Below, piece by piece: positions 9,092-17,941 of a stretch of 64,000 bases of DNA (position 1 is its first letter; each line of letters begins with the position of its first letter). Made by a program: the position numbers and the translations under genes. The notes beneath the pieces are model-generated. The model saw nothing but the letters and a program-made list of their open reading frames with translations. It was not told the origin of the DNA and did not search any database. Source of the stretch: Acidobacteriota bacterium (GTDB lineage: Bacteria; Acidobacteriota; UBA6911); the NCBI GenBank assembly GCA_016933615.1, contig JAFGAO010000068.1, positions 840-64,839 on the forward strand, given 5' to 3'.

Positions 9092-9167
9092 TCAATCCGA
9101 CACCGCCAGGACGGCAGTGCCGAATCCTGCGAACGCCCGGATGGGCAATGCCCGGGAGACTCCGATA

Positions 9168-9650
9168 ATGGGAAACCCGCTGATTCATTTTTCCGATCGC
9201 CTGAGCGCCTGGATGGAGTTTGCCGCGGGCGCCGCTCTCGTTGGAGTCATGCTGCTGATAGGTTCCGACATCGTCGGCAGGCTGGCCGGGCACCCGGTAC
9301 CGGGGACCTTTGAAATCGTTTCCCTCGCGGGCGGTTTGATTATCGGGCTCGCGCTGCCGGCAACGTCGAGATCGAAAGGGCATGTCGGTGCCGACATCCT
9401 GCTGGCGAAGCTTCCCGCGAAATCCGCTCTTCTCCTTAAAGCGGCGACGCGCCTGATCGGCATAGCCCTGTTCCTCATCGCGGCTTACGGCATGGTCATG
9501 ATGGGCGCGCGCCTGAAGGAGGCGGGAGAGGTTACGGCGGAGCTGTCCATTCCCTTCTATTGCATCCCGTATGCCATAGGGGGAGCTTTCCTGGTGCAGG
9601 CCCTGATCCTGCTGTCGGAAATTTTAATTGGTGATGCCGGATATGAGTGA
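9168..9650 (+). CDS. dctQ: TRAP transporter small permease (DctQ family)
   Basis: 160 aa from ATG 9168 ('MGNPLIHFSDRLSAWMEFAAGAAL...'), four hydrophobic segments. The 5' part of track ORF 8850..9650 only reads through the REP array. Confidence 0.8.
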   Translation: MGNPLIHFSDRLSAWMEFAAGAALVGVMLLIGSDIVGRLAGHPVPGTFEIVSLAGGLIIGLALPATSRSKGHVGADILLAKLPAKSALLLKAATRLIGIALFLIAAYGMVMMGARLKEAGEVTAELSIPFYCIPYAIGGAFLVQALILLSEILIGDAGYE

Positions 9651-10938
9651 GGTGCTGATCGGCTGTATCGGCCTATGCCTGCTGCTTGTTCTTTTCCTTA
9701 CGGGAATCGAGCTCGCCTTTGCCATGACCTGCATAGGCTTCATCGGATTTGCAATCCTCAGGTCCTGGCCAGCAGCCGTGGACCTGGTGGCCAAAGATTT
9801 TTTCGACGCTTTCGCCTCCTACGCATTTGTCGTCATACCGCTTTTTGTACTGATGGGCCAGATCGCCTACAACTCGGGCATCGCTGAAAAAATGTACGGG
9901 ACGTCCCGAAAATTCGTCGGTCACGTCCCCGGAGGCCTGGCGCTGGCCACGGTCGTCGGAGCCACAATTTTCAAAGCGATTTCGGGATCCTCGCTGGCGA
10001 CCGCCGCCACCTTTTCAAGCATCGCCGTGCCGGAAATGGACAAATGCGGATACGACAGGAAGCTGTCGACGGGAGTTGTCGCGAGCGTGGGAACGCTCGG
10101 CATTCTGCTGCCCCCAAGCGGCACGATGATCATCCTGGCCATGATCACGAATCAATCCATCGGAAAACTGTTTCTTGCCGGCATCGCTCCGGGGCTTTTG
10201 ATCGCTCTTCTGTTTCTTGCGACCATTGTCGTATGGTGCCGCATAAATCCGTCGCTTGCACCCAGGGGGGAATCTTGGGGCTGGAAAGAGCGGATCGGTT
10301 CGATACCCCGGATTCTCGGGCCCCTGCTGATCTTCGTCGTCACCATAGGGGGCCTTCTTGCGGGATTCTTCACCCCCACAGAAGCGGGCAGCGTCGGTTC
10401 CATCGCGGTTCTCCTGCTCACTGTGCTGAATCGGGACCTGGATTTCAGGGGCTTCGTGAAATCAATCCGGGAATCGCTGCGCATGGGATGCATGGTCCTG
10501 ATGCTGATCGGGGGATCGGCCGTGCTCGGCCACTTCGTGGTCGTATCGACAATTCCGGGCGCCGTCGCGGCCTGGACCCTGGAGCTGCCGCTTCCGCCTG
10601 ATCTGATCGTCGCGGTCATCCTACTTATTTATCTCATCGGCGGTTCCTTCGTCGACGACGTTGCTTTCATGATTCTGGCCACTCCCATCTTTTTCCCGGT
10701 AGCGATGAAGCTCGGGTACGATCCCGTCTGGTTCGCCGTCGCCATCGGCGTAACTCTCATGATCGGCGTGATCACGCCGCCGGTTGCCGTCGCCGCCTTT
10801 ATCGTCAAAAACATCACCCGGGAGCCGATCGGCCGGGTCTATAAGGGTGTTCTGCCGTTTTTAATTACCCTGGTTCTTTGCCTGGTCCTGCTCTTTGTTT
10901 TTCCGCAGCTGGCAACCTGCCTTCCCGGCAAATATTAG
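9628..10938 (+). CDS. dctM: TRAP transporter large permease (DctM family)
   Basis: 436 aa polytopic membrane protein overlapping the dctQ stop. The start is ambiguous: TTG 9628, ATG 9634 or ATG 9643. Confidence 0.9.
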   Translation: MVMPDMSEVLIGCIGLCLLLVLFLTGIELAFAMTCIGFIGFAILRSWPAAVDLVAKDFFDAFASYAFVVIPLFVLMGQIAYNSGIAEKMYGTSRKFVGHVPGGLALATVVGATIFKAISGSSLATAATFSSIAVPEMDKCGYDRKLSTGVVASVGTLGILLPPSGTMIILAMITNQSIGKLFLAGIAPGLLIALLFLATIVVWCRINPSLAPRGESWGWKERIGSIPRILGPLLIFVVTIGGLLAGFFTPTEAGSVGSIAVLLLTVLNRDLDFRGFVKSIRESLRMGCMVLMLIGGSAVLGHFVVVSTIPGAVAAWTLELPLPPDLIVAVILLIYLIGGSFVDDVAFMILATPIFFPVAMKLGYDPVWFAVAIGVTLMIGVITPPVAVAAFIVKNITREPIGRVYKGVLPFLITLVLCLVLLFVFPQLATCLPGKY

Positions 10939-10982
10939 ATACGCCCGCGATAAAGAGCGCTGGTTTCGGGCCGGGTCGGCAC

Positions 10983-12266
10983 CTATGGACATCGATCCGG
11001 GACGACGGTGGCGGGTTGGAGCCGCTTTGCCTGGTTGCGCCGTATTCTGTAGAGGACGACGACCATGACCGCGACAACGGAGGTCAATCCCATCAACATT
11101 TCCAGAACCGGAAGATAACTTCCATAGATTCTTTCCATCTCCGCAATGACCGATATCCCCAGCCCTCCACAGGCCACATCCACGGCGGTCAGGACCCCCA
11201 GGATTTTCCCATAGGAATGACCGGCAAAAAACTCGGCAATAACCAGCTGGATCAGCGTAAACGTTCCGCCGAAGCCGAGGCCGAAAACGGCGGCATAGGC
11301 GTACAGATACATCAGATTGCCGGTGCTTGAAAGCCTGAGGAAAAAGAGTCCGGTCAGCAGCAGGATCACAACGAGAATCATGATGGATATTTTGTCCAAA
11401 CGGTCGCTCATGTGACCGAACAGCAGCTTCCCGGCTATGGCGAACCAGAAAATGGCGCTGAAGATTAAAGAGTAGGTACTCCTGGGAAGCCCCAGCTCCT
11501 CGCTCATGAAAAAGGATTGATTGTTGTAGATGCCGTTCATGGTGAACCACAGCGCACCGGTGGCCAGCGCCAGGATATAAAACGCCGGATTGCGCAGGGC
11601 TTCTTTCATCGTGGGGCCCTCAATCTTATTTTTCTGCGAGGACCGCTTTGCCTCCGCCGCTTCGTCCCCGTCCGGCGGCAGCCCCTTGTCTTCCGGGCGG
11701 CTTCGAACAAGGAATATATAGGGGAGCAGCATCATGACCGCGCACAGGATGAGAAAAACGGTTATCGCGTCCCGCCATCCGCCGTTTTCCATAACGTAAT
11801 TGAAGACAAGAGGGAAAACGGCCCCGCCTATGCTGGTGCCCGTTAAGGTAATGCCGACGGCAATGCCCCGGTAGCGCCGGAACCAGCGCGTCACGACCAG
11901 AATGGTCGGCACCTGGCCGGCGCAGACCTGGGAGAAAGCCAGCACGATGTAAATGACGGTCAGATGCGTCAGAGTTTCCATCGAGCGGTAGGCTAAAAGG
12001 CCCAGCACGGTTATGCAGCCCCCGGCAATCATGAAGATTCTGGCGGAGTAGCGGTCGAACAGCGAACTGACGAAGGGAGTGATGGACGCGCCCGTGAGGA
12101 AAAAAATGGTCGCGGCGTACGAGATGCTCTGTTTGGACCAGCCGAACTCGGCTGTCAGCTCGGGATAAAAAAGCGGCAGCGTGTAGACCTGGACGCCGAC
12201 GAGGGCGGTATAGCTGGCAAAGATGCCTGCCAGCACCCACCAGCCGTAAAAGATTCTGTCGCGCAA
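10983..12266 (-). CDS. MFS transporter (oxalate/formate- or monocarboxylate-like)
   Basis: 12-TM-like pattern. Start reassigned to TTG 12266, 7 nt after AAGAGGAG. The track ORF's extension to 12527 is non-membrane, Arg/Pro-rich sequence. Confidence 0.8.
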   Translation of the reverse strand: MRDRIFYGWWVLAGIFASYTALVGVQVYTLPLFYPELTAEFGWSKQSISYAATIFFLTGASITPFVSSLFDRYSARIFMIAGGCITVLGLLAYRSMETLTHLTVIYIVLAFSQVCAGQVPTILVVTRWFRRYRGIAVGITLTGTSIGGAVFPLVFNYVMENGGWRDAITVFLILCAVMMLLPYIFLVRSRPEDKGLPPDGDEAAEAKRSSQKNKIEGPTMKEALRNPAFYILALATGALWFTMNGIYNNQSFFMSEELGLPRSTYSLIFSAIFWFAIAGKLLFGHMSDRLDKISIMILVVILLLTGLFFLRLSSTGNLMYLYAYAAVFGLGFGGTFTLIQLVIAEFFAGHSYGKILGVLTAVDVACGGLGISVIAEMERIYGSYLPVLEMLMGLTSVVAVMVVVLYRIRRNQAKRLQPATVVPDRCP

Positions 12267-12853
12267 GGTAAGGCTCCTCTTAGGAAATTGAATTCGTAAA
12301 TTTGGGCGTTTCCAGCATACACCAGGGCAGTCAAAATTCAGTCCCAAATAAACGGCCACGGCAGGTGCCGGGAAATTGGCCTGTGCCCGGAGGCAGGGCG
12401 GTTTCCGCACCCGCAACGGGAAATAGCCTTTAAAGATTCCAATAAACGGGCGCATGAATCCCTCCAACGCCGGGATCCCCATGCTTTGGCACAATCCTGT
12501 AATCCGGCCCAATAGTGCAGGACGCATGCCTTACATACAATATCTATCTCATTCCTTTTCAATAATTTAAACCATACATGCCCCGGAATAAAATTCTATG
12601 AAGAACCAACCCCTTAATGATAGAATCACACCCGCAGAATTCCCTGGATCTGACTGTGATTCTCCGTTCGACCGGAACCTGCCGGTGAATTCTCAGCGAT
12701 AATTAGGAGCGGGTATCCATTGAAGAATCCGCTACAGGGCGGGCGATCAAGCTATCGCGGGCTTCCCTTTTTTCTTATGTGCAGGAACAGGATGCCCTTC
12801 AGGATCGGGTTATTCCGGTATCATGATCGGATAACGGCAAACGGAGCGAAACG

Positions 12854-14299
12854 ATGAGTGTACGTGCGTCGGTAGCAGATGTCGTGGTAATCGGCTCGGG
12901 GGCCTCAGGCTTGACAGCCGCCCTGACTGCGGCTGAAGGCGGAGCGACTGTAAGCGTTTTCGAAAAGCAGCGCGCGCCTGGCGGGACGTCGATCAATTTT
13001 GAAGGCATCTTTGCAGTTGAAAGCGACATGCAGCGGGCACAATTTATTGACTACAGCCGGGACGACGCCTTCAAAAGCATCATGGAATACAACCACTGGA
13101 AGGCAAACCCCCGCCTGGTTCGCAATATCGTCAATGAATCCGCCGAAACCATATCGTGGCTCGAGCGACAGGGTGTCGAATTTGCCGGCGTCTCCATCAA
13201 CATGCCGAAGTCGCCCCGTACCTACCACGTCGTAGCCGGCACCGGGCAGGCCGTTGTACAAGCGCTTGTTTCCAATGCAAAAGGGAAAGGCGTCGATCTG
13301 CGGATGGGAACCCCGGTCACGAAAATCCTCAAGGAAGGCGGCCGCATCACGGGCGTCATGGCTGAAGGCGGCACGGACAACATCCGGGTGAACGCCAAAG
13401 CCGTTGTGATCGCCAGCGGCGGATTCGCGAACAACCGGAAGTGGATCAAGAAGTATACGGGGTTCGAACTCGAGAAAAACCTGTTTCCCGTCGGCAACAC
13501 GGGCAAATTCGGCGACGGCATTCGCATGGCCTGGGAAGTGGGAGCCGCCCAAGAGGGCATTGGTGTCGTGGAACTGTACCGAGCCGGTCCGCTTACGACC
13601 GAAATCGGCGGCCAGGTGGAATGGCCCACGGTCCAGCCGGATCTCTGGGTCGATCCGCGCGGCGAAAGATTCTGCGATGAATCAATCGCGTTCTACGACA
13701 CCTCCGTCGGAAACATGAATGCGAAGTTCAAGGAAGGATACACCTACAGCCTTTTCGATTCATCGATCCTCGAGCGCCTGAAACAGGAAGGACTCGATAA
13801 AAACGTCAATGTGAGGACGCCTCCCGGTTCCAGGCTTACCAATTTCGACAAGGAACTCGAGATCCTTTTCAAAAAGGGGAACACGGATGTCTTTGTCGCC
13901 GATTCCGTCGAGGAACTGGCCGTCAAAATCAAGGTGGATCCGGGGGTACTGAAATCCACTGTAGATGAATACAACGGGTTCTGCGAGAGAAAGCATGATG
14001 ATCTTTTTGCCAAGGATCCCAGGTATCTGAGGCCTTTGAAGGGCCCCAAGTTTTACGCCGTGAAAGCCCATACCGTCTTCCTCGGCACCATGGGCGGAAT
14101 CAGGATCAATCAAAAAACCGAGGTCATCGACAAAAAGGATAAGGTCATCCCGGGCCTCTACGCCGCCGGATTCGATGCAGGCGGCATGTACGGCGACAGC
14201 TATCACATTTCAGTTGCTTCCGGCTCCTCGTCCGGATTCGCAGTCAATTCGGGACGCATCGCGGGCAAGAGCTTATTGAACTATATTAAAACCGTTTAA
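12854..14299 (+). CDS. FAD-dependent oxidoreductase (fumarate reductase / 3-ketosteroid dehydrogenase-like flavoprotein)
   Basis: 481 aa. Dinucleotide fold 'DVVVIGSGASGLTAALTAAEGG...EKQRAPGGTS' and C-terminal 'GLYAAGFDAGGMYG'. Confidence 0.85.
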   Translation: MSVRASVADVVVIGSGASGLTAALTAAEGGATVSVFEKQRAPGGTSINFEGIFAVESDMQRAQFIDYSRDDAFKSIMEYNHWKANPRLVRNIVNESAETISWLERQGVEFAGVSINMPKSPRTYHVVAGTGQAVVQALVSNAKGKGVDLRMGTPVTKILKEGGRITGVMAEGGTDNIRVNAKAVVIASGGFANNRKWIKKYTGFELEKNLFPVGNTGKFGDGIRMAWEVGAAQEGIGVVELYRAGPLTTEIGGQVEWPTVQPDLWVDPRGERFCDESIAFYDTSVGNMNAKFKEGYTYSLFDSSILERLKQEGLDKNVNVRTPPGSRLTNFDKELEILFKKGNTDVFVADSVEELAVKIKVDPGVLKSTVDEYNGFCERKHDDLFAKDPRYLRPLKGPKFYAVKAHTVFLGTMGGIRINQKTEVIDKKDKVIPGLYAAGFDAGGMYGDSYHISVASGSSSGFAVNSGRIAGKSLLNYIKTV

Positions 14300-14350
14300 G
14301 GTTCAGGATTAATGACAAATCGTTGAATCCTGAACGCTGAACGGGCAACG
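14300..14350 (+). repeat. heptad-type inverted repeat element (a)
   Basis: Starts 1 nt after the stop. GTTCAGGATT (14301-14310) pairs with AATCCTGAAC (14326-14335). The right arm is the heptads TGAATCC TGAACGC TGAACGG (14324-14344). Confidence 0.8.
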
Positions 14351-14360
14351 GAGTGTGTTT

Positions 14361-14528
14361 ATGGCAGATGAATTTCAGGGCAAGGTGGTTCTGATGACGG
14401 GAGGCTCCTACGGCATCGGCCGGTCGGCAGCCATCGGTTTTGCCCGAAGGGGTGCTCGTGTCGTAGTTGCGGATATCGACCAGAAGGATGGGAGACGGAT
14501 TCCGATAGCGACGTTCAACGGTTTATAA
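14361..14528 (+). pseudogene. SDR N-terminal remnant (55 codons)
   Basis: MADEFQGKVVLMTGGSYGIGRSAAIGFARRGARVVVADIDQKDG.. then a stop. Only the Rossmann beta1-alphaA-beta2 (TGxxxGIG) is present, where a full SDR is ~250 aa. It has its own ACGGAG SD. Confidence 0.55.
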
Positions 14529-14531
14529 CCA

Positions 14532-14557
14532 TGAACACTGAACGATGAACCTTGAAC
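14532..14557 (+). repeat. solo TGAAC heptad array (x4)
   Basis: TGAACAC TGAACGA TGAACCT TGAAC at 14532, 14539, 14546 and 14553, with a strict 7-nt period. It abuts the truncated SDR remnant. Confidence 0.85.
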
Positions 14558-14579
14558 AGCATTACAGGAGAAAACACAA

Positions 14580-16061
14580 ATGAGTTCAGAGTATCGGGCA
14601 CTTATCAACGGAGAGCTTTGTGAAGCATCCACAAAAGAAACCATGGAAGTCATCAATCCCGCAAACGGCAAAGTCGTCGGGCATGCGCCTAAATGCGGCC
14701 CTGTCGAAGTGAACCGGGCGGCTGAAGCGGCCTACAAAGCGGCACCGGCCTGGGCGGAAAAATCGCCGACCGAAAAGGCGGCGATATTCTTCAAAATGGC
14801 GGGGCTCCTCCGAAGGCATCGCGACGAATGGGCGAAACTGGAAACCATGCAGTACGGGGGGCCTATTTTTAAAACCTTTAATTTCGACATGGTTTTCGAT
14901 GCGGAGCATTTTGAATTCATGGCCGGCGTGGGACGGGCCGTTACGGGCAAATCCCTCCCGGTCGGGCCGCAGGCCATTTCCGTGACTCTGCGCCAGCCCC
15001 TGGGCGTTGTCGGTCTGATCACGCCCTGGAATTTTCCTCTGGTCACGGCTATTTCCAAAATAACCCCGGCGCTGATGATGGGAAACACGGCCGTAGTTAA
15101 GCCCGCCTCCTGCGCTCCGCTGACCGTGCTGAAACTGGGGGAGCTTGCCGTTGAAGCCGGGTTTCCTCCGGGCGTTCTGAATATCCTATCGGGTCCCGGC
15201 TCTTCGGTCGGGGAAGCCATCGTGAACCATCCTTACGTGGCCAAGATCAACTTTACGGGAGATTCGGAAACCGGCAAGCGCATCCTGGGTCTGGCAAGCG
15301 CCGCCGTTAAGCCGGTCGCGTGCGAACTGGGCGGCAAAAATGCCTTCATCGTCATGCCAGATGCGAACATGAAAGCCGCGGTCGAGGGCGCCGTATGGGG
15401 AGGATTTTTCAATTCGGGCCAGAACTGCGGCGCTTCGAGCCGCTATCTCATCCACGAGTCGGTCTATGACGAATTCGCAGAAAAGTTCGTGGAAGCCGCG
15501 AAACAGCTGCGCGTTGGGGATCCATTGAATCCCGACACCATGATCGGACCGGTCGCCTACAAGGGACACAGGGACAACATTGAAAAATTCGTCGAGCGGG
15601 CCAAAAAATCCGGTGCCGGGCTGCTTCTCGGCGGGGAGCGCCCGAACACGCCGGAGACGAAGGACGGGTATTTCGTCGCACCCACCATCTTCGGGGACTG
15701 CGACCCGAAATCGGAGATCATGCAGGAGGAAGTGTTCGGTCCTGTCGTCGCCCTGGCAAAATTCAGCACGCCCGAGGAAGCCGTGGCCCTGGCCAACGAT
15801 TCGCGGTTCGGCCTGTGCGCCTCCATCTGGACCAGGGACATACGGCAGGGGCTCGTCATGGCCAAACAGCTCAAAGTAGGCACCGTGTGGCTGAACCAGC
15901 ACCTGTCGATCGTGTTCGAATGTCCGTGGGGAGGCTGCAAGGAATCCGGCCACAGCAAGGAAAACTCCATCATGGTGCTTGACGAATACAGCATGATGAA
16001 AAACGTTTGGATCGATCTTGTAGGAACTCCGGCGACGCCCTGGGAAGGCAAGTTCGACTAA
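14580..16061 (+). CDS. NAD(P)+-dependent aldehyde dehydrogenase
   Basis: 493 aa. 'ELGGKNAFIV' and the catalytic-Cys region 'FNSGQNCGASSR' are ALDH superfamily hallmarks. Confidence 0.9.
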   Translation: MSSEYRALINGELCEASTKETMEVINPANGKVVGHAPKCGPVEVNRAAEAAYKAAPAWAEKSPTEKAAIFFKMAGLLRRHRDEWAKLETMQYGGPIFKTFNFDMVFDAEHFEFMAGVGRAVTGKSLPVGPQAISVTLRQPLGVVGLITPWNFPLVTAISKITPALMMGNTAVVKPASCAPLTVLKLGELAVEAGFPPGVLNILSGPGSSVGEAIVNHPYVAKINFTGDSETGKRILGLASAAVKPVACELGGKNAFIVMPDANMKAAVEGAVWGGFFNSGQNCGASSRYLIHESVYDEFAEKFVEAAKQLRVGDPLNPDTMIGPVAYKGHRDNIEKFVERAKKSGAGLLLGGERPNTPETKDGYFVAPTIFGDCDPKSEIMQEEVFGPVVALAKFSTPEEAVALANDSRFGLCASIWTRDIRQGLVMAKQLKVGTVWLNQHLSIVFECPWGGCKESGHSKENSIMVLDEYSMMKNVWIDLVGTPATPWEGKFD

Positions 16062-16062
16062 A

Positions 16063-16108
16063 GGTTCCCCGTTTCGAGTTTCCCGCTATGCCTTCAACGG
16101 GAAACGAA
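16063..16108 (+). repeat. heptad-type inverted repeat element (c)
   Basis: Heptads GTTCCCC GTTTCGA GTTTCCC (16064-16084). GTTTCCCG (16078-16085) pairs with CGGGAAAC (16098-16105). It starts 2 nt after the ALDH stop. Confidence 0.8.
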
Positions 16109-16116
16109 TTAAAGGT

Positions 16117-17838
16117 TTGGATATGAATCCATCAACGCATCCGGGTAAAGTACTGGATCTTCAAGAAGCTGTAGGACGTTACGTAAAGCCCGGGATGACG
16201 CTGCACCTCGCCGCCGGCATCGGCGGCCCCAGCGCCGCGGTTTGCGAGATCATCCGGCAGTTCCGGGATAACGATCCCGGGTTCACCCTGATTCAAAGCA
16301 CCGTGACCGGACATAGTCTCAACCTCGTTCATGCCAGGCTGGTAAAAAAGCTTATCTGTTCCGTGTGTGCGAATATCTCCGCCTCCGGACGTCCGAGTCG
16401 GGTAATTCAGAATGCAATTGAAGAAAAACAGGTTGCAATGGAGAACTGGACGCTGAATTCCCTGCAGCAGCGCCTTATGGCCGGCGCGTTCGGGGTGCCC
16501 TTCATGCCCACCCGCTCCATCGTCGGGAGCAGCATAGCCGAAGAAAACGGTGAAACGTTTAAAAACATTGAAGATCCGTTCGGCTCGGGAGCCGCAGTCG
16601 GGCTGGCGGGCGCTCTCGTGCCCGATATTTCCATCATCCATGGATGCGTTGCGGACTCCGAAGGCAACACTATTGCAGCCGCTCCCTACGGGGAGGATCT
16701 CTGGGGCGCCCTGGCCAGCAGTGGAGGCGCCGTCGTCACCGTCGAGAAAATCGTTCCCACGGAGTTCATTCAGAGATACGCCGCCCTGGTCAAAATCCCC
16801 GCTTACGCGGTGAACGCCGTGGTGGCGGCCCCCCTGGGACTGCATCCGTTTTCCTTGGCCAACCCGGGCATCGTCGGTATGCAACCCTATGAAAAGGACG
16901 TGGATTTTCTCGACACCCTCTATGAAGCTTCCGCCGGCGATGATACGCTGGATGCATGGATTCATGAATGGGTTCTTCGGTGCGAAAACCACAGCCAGTA
17001 CCTCGACAAGCTCGGTGAAAAAAGGATTGCGGATCTTAAAAGAAAGTCCGGGAAGGTGAAAACCGCCCCGCCTCCGGCGCCGCCGGCCCTAATCAAAGCG
17101 GATCAGGAATTCAAACCAAAGGAAATGATGCTGATTGCCATGGCAAGGGAAATATTGACCAGCGTGACCCGGAAGGGACACAAGGCCGTGCTTGCGGGCG
17201 CGGGCCTGGCCGCTACAGCGGCATTCCTGGCCTATTTCCGGAGCGTGCAAAACGGCCGGGCCGGATTCGAACTGGCTACCGGCAACGGCCAGATCGGCTA
17301 CACGCCCGTCGCGGGCCAATCCATACTCGCCGGCGAAGCCAATGTGAGAACGTCGAAAATGCTGACCGACACAACCGTGATGCAGGGCGTCATTGTGGGG
17401 GGAGCGAATAACCGGTGCCTGAGCGTTCTCGGCGCCGGCGAAATGGACCGGTTCGGCAACATAAACTCCACGACGGCTTCCGACGGCAAGTTTCTCGTCG
17501 GTTCCGGGGGCGTCAACGATGCGCTCAACGCGCGCGAAGCCATCCTCTGCTTGAAGCAGTCCAAAGACCGGTTCGTGGACCGGCTTGCCTATGTGACGGG
17601 CCGGGGCGGAAACGTAACGACCGTGGTATCGAACATGGGCATTTTCAGGAAGGCGGATTCCAAGGGCGAACTGCATCTGGAGGCGTGCTTCCCCGAAACT
17701 CGCGGCCGGAGCATCGAAGAGAAGGTCCATGAAATTCGAAATCATTGCGGGTGGGAGCTTAAGACGGCGCCCGCAGTTGAGGAAATTCCCCGGCCGTCTC
17801 CGGAGGAACTCCAGCTTCTCCGCTGGCTGAGTCCCTGA
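16117..17838 (+). CDS. family-I CoA-transferase, fused alpha+beta domains (glutaconate/3-oxoacid type)
   Basis: 573 aa. The N-terminal half resembles GctA/ScoA ('GMTLHLAAGIGG', 'FMPTRS'). A Pro/Ala linker 'KTAPPPAPPALIK' joins it to a beta-like half ('GAGEMDRFGNINST', 'GSGGVNDA'). Confidence 0.75.
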   Translation: MDMNPSTHPGKVLDLQEAVGRYVKPGMTLHLAAGIGGPSAAVCEIIRQFRDNDPGFTLIQSTVTGHSLNLVHARLVKKLICSVCANISASGRPSRVIQNAIEEKQVAMENWTLNSLQQRLMAGAFGVPFMPTRSIVGSSIAEENGETFKNIEDPFGSGAAVGLAGALVPDISIIHGCVADSEGNTIAAAPYGEDLWGALASSGGAVVTVEKIVPTEFIQRYAALVKIPAYAVNAVVAAPLGLHPFSLANPGIVGMQPYEKDVDFLDTLYEASAGDDTLDAWIHEWVLRCENHSQYLDKLGEKRIADLKRKSGKVKTAPPPAPPALIKADQEFKPKEMMLIAMAREILTSVTRKGHKAVLAGAGLAATAAFLAYFRSVQNGRAGFELATGNGQIGYTPVAGQSILAGEANVRTSKMLTDTTVMQGVIVGGANNRCLSVLGAGEMDRFGNINSTTASDGKFLVGSGGVNDALNAREAILCLKQSKDRFVDRLAYVTGRGGNVTTVVSNMGIFRKADSKGELHLEACFPETRGRSIEEKVHEIRNHCGWELKTAPAVEEIPRPSPEELQLLRWLSP

Positions 17839-17859
17839 TTGACGACTCCGGATAATCGT

Positions 17860-17930
17860 TTTACGATTGAAATGCTGCATGACGATCGGCCAGGATCCTC
17901 AGGCTTATCCCGAAGAATTTCAATCGTAAA
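17860..17930 (+). repeat. 14-bp perfect inverted repeat in an intergenic gap
   Basis: TTTACGATTGAAAT (17860-17873) and ATTTCAATCGTAAA (17917-17930), separated by a 43-nt spacer, between two CoA-transferase genes. Confidence 0.7.
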
Positions 17931-17941
17931 TTGAAAATGAG

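Noticed and set aside
8850-9167. N-terminal 106 codons of track ORF 8850..9650, which contain a repeated peptide (..CVRPSWEESHGRGKP.. x2)
   Set aside because: The repeated peptide is only the translation of the 45-nt REP array. The DctQ homology and hydrophobic segments begin at ATG 9168.
12486-12502. Sigma54-like TTGGCACAATCCTGTAA
   Set aside because: The -24 TGGCAC matches, but the -12 element reads TGTA rather than TTGC at the required spacing. The site is also ~350 nt from the nearest plus-strand start.
12267-12527. 5' extension of the MFS ORF up to 12527, and ORF 12338..12562(-)
   Set aside because: The extension is non-hydrophobic and Arg/Pro-rich, whereas a strong AAGAGGAG-N7-TTG start sits at 12266, right before the first TM segment. 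The 74-aa ORF has no RBS and no family resemblance.
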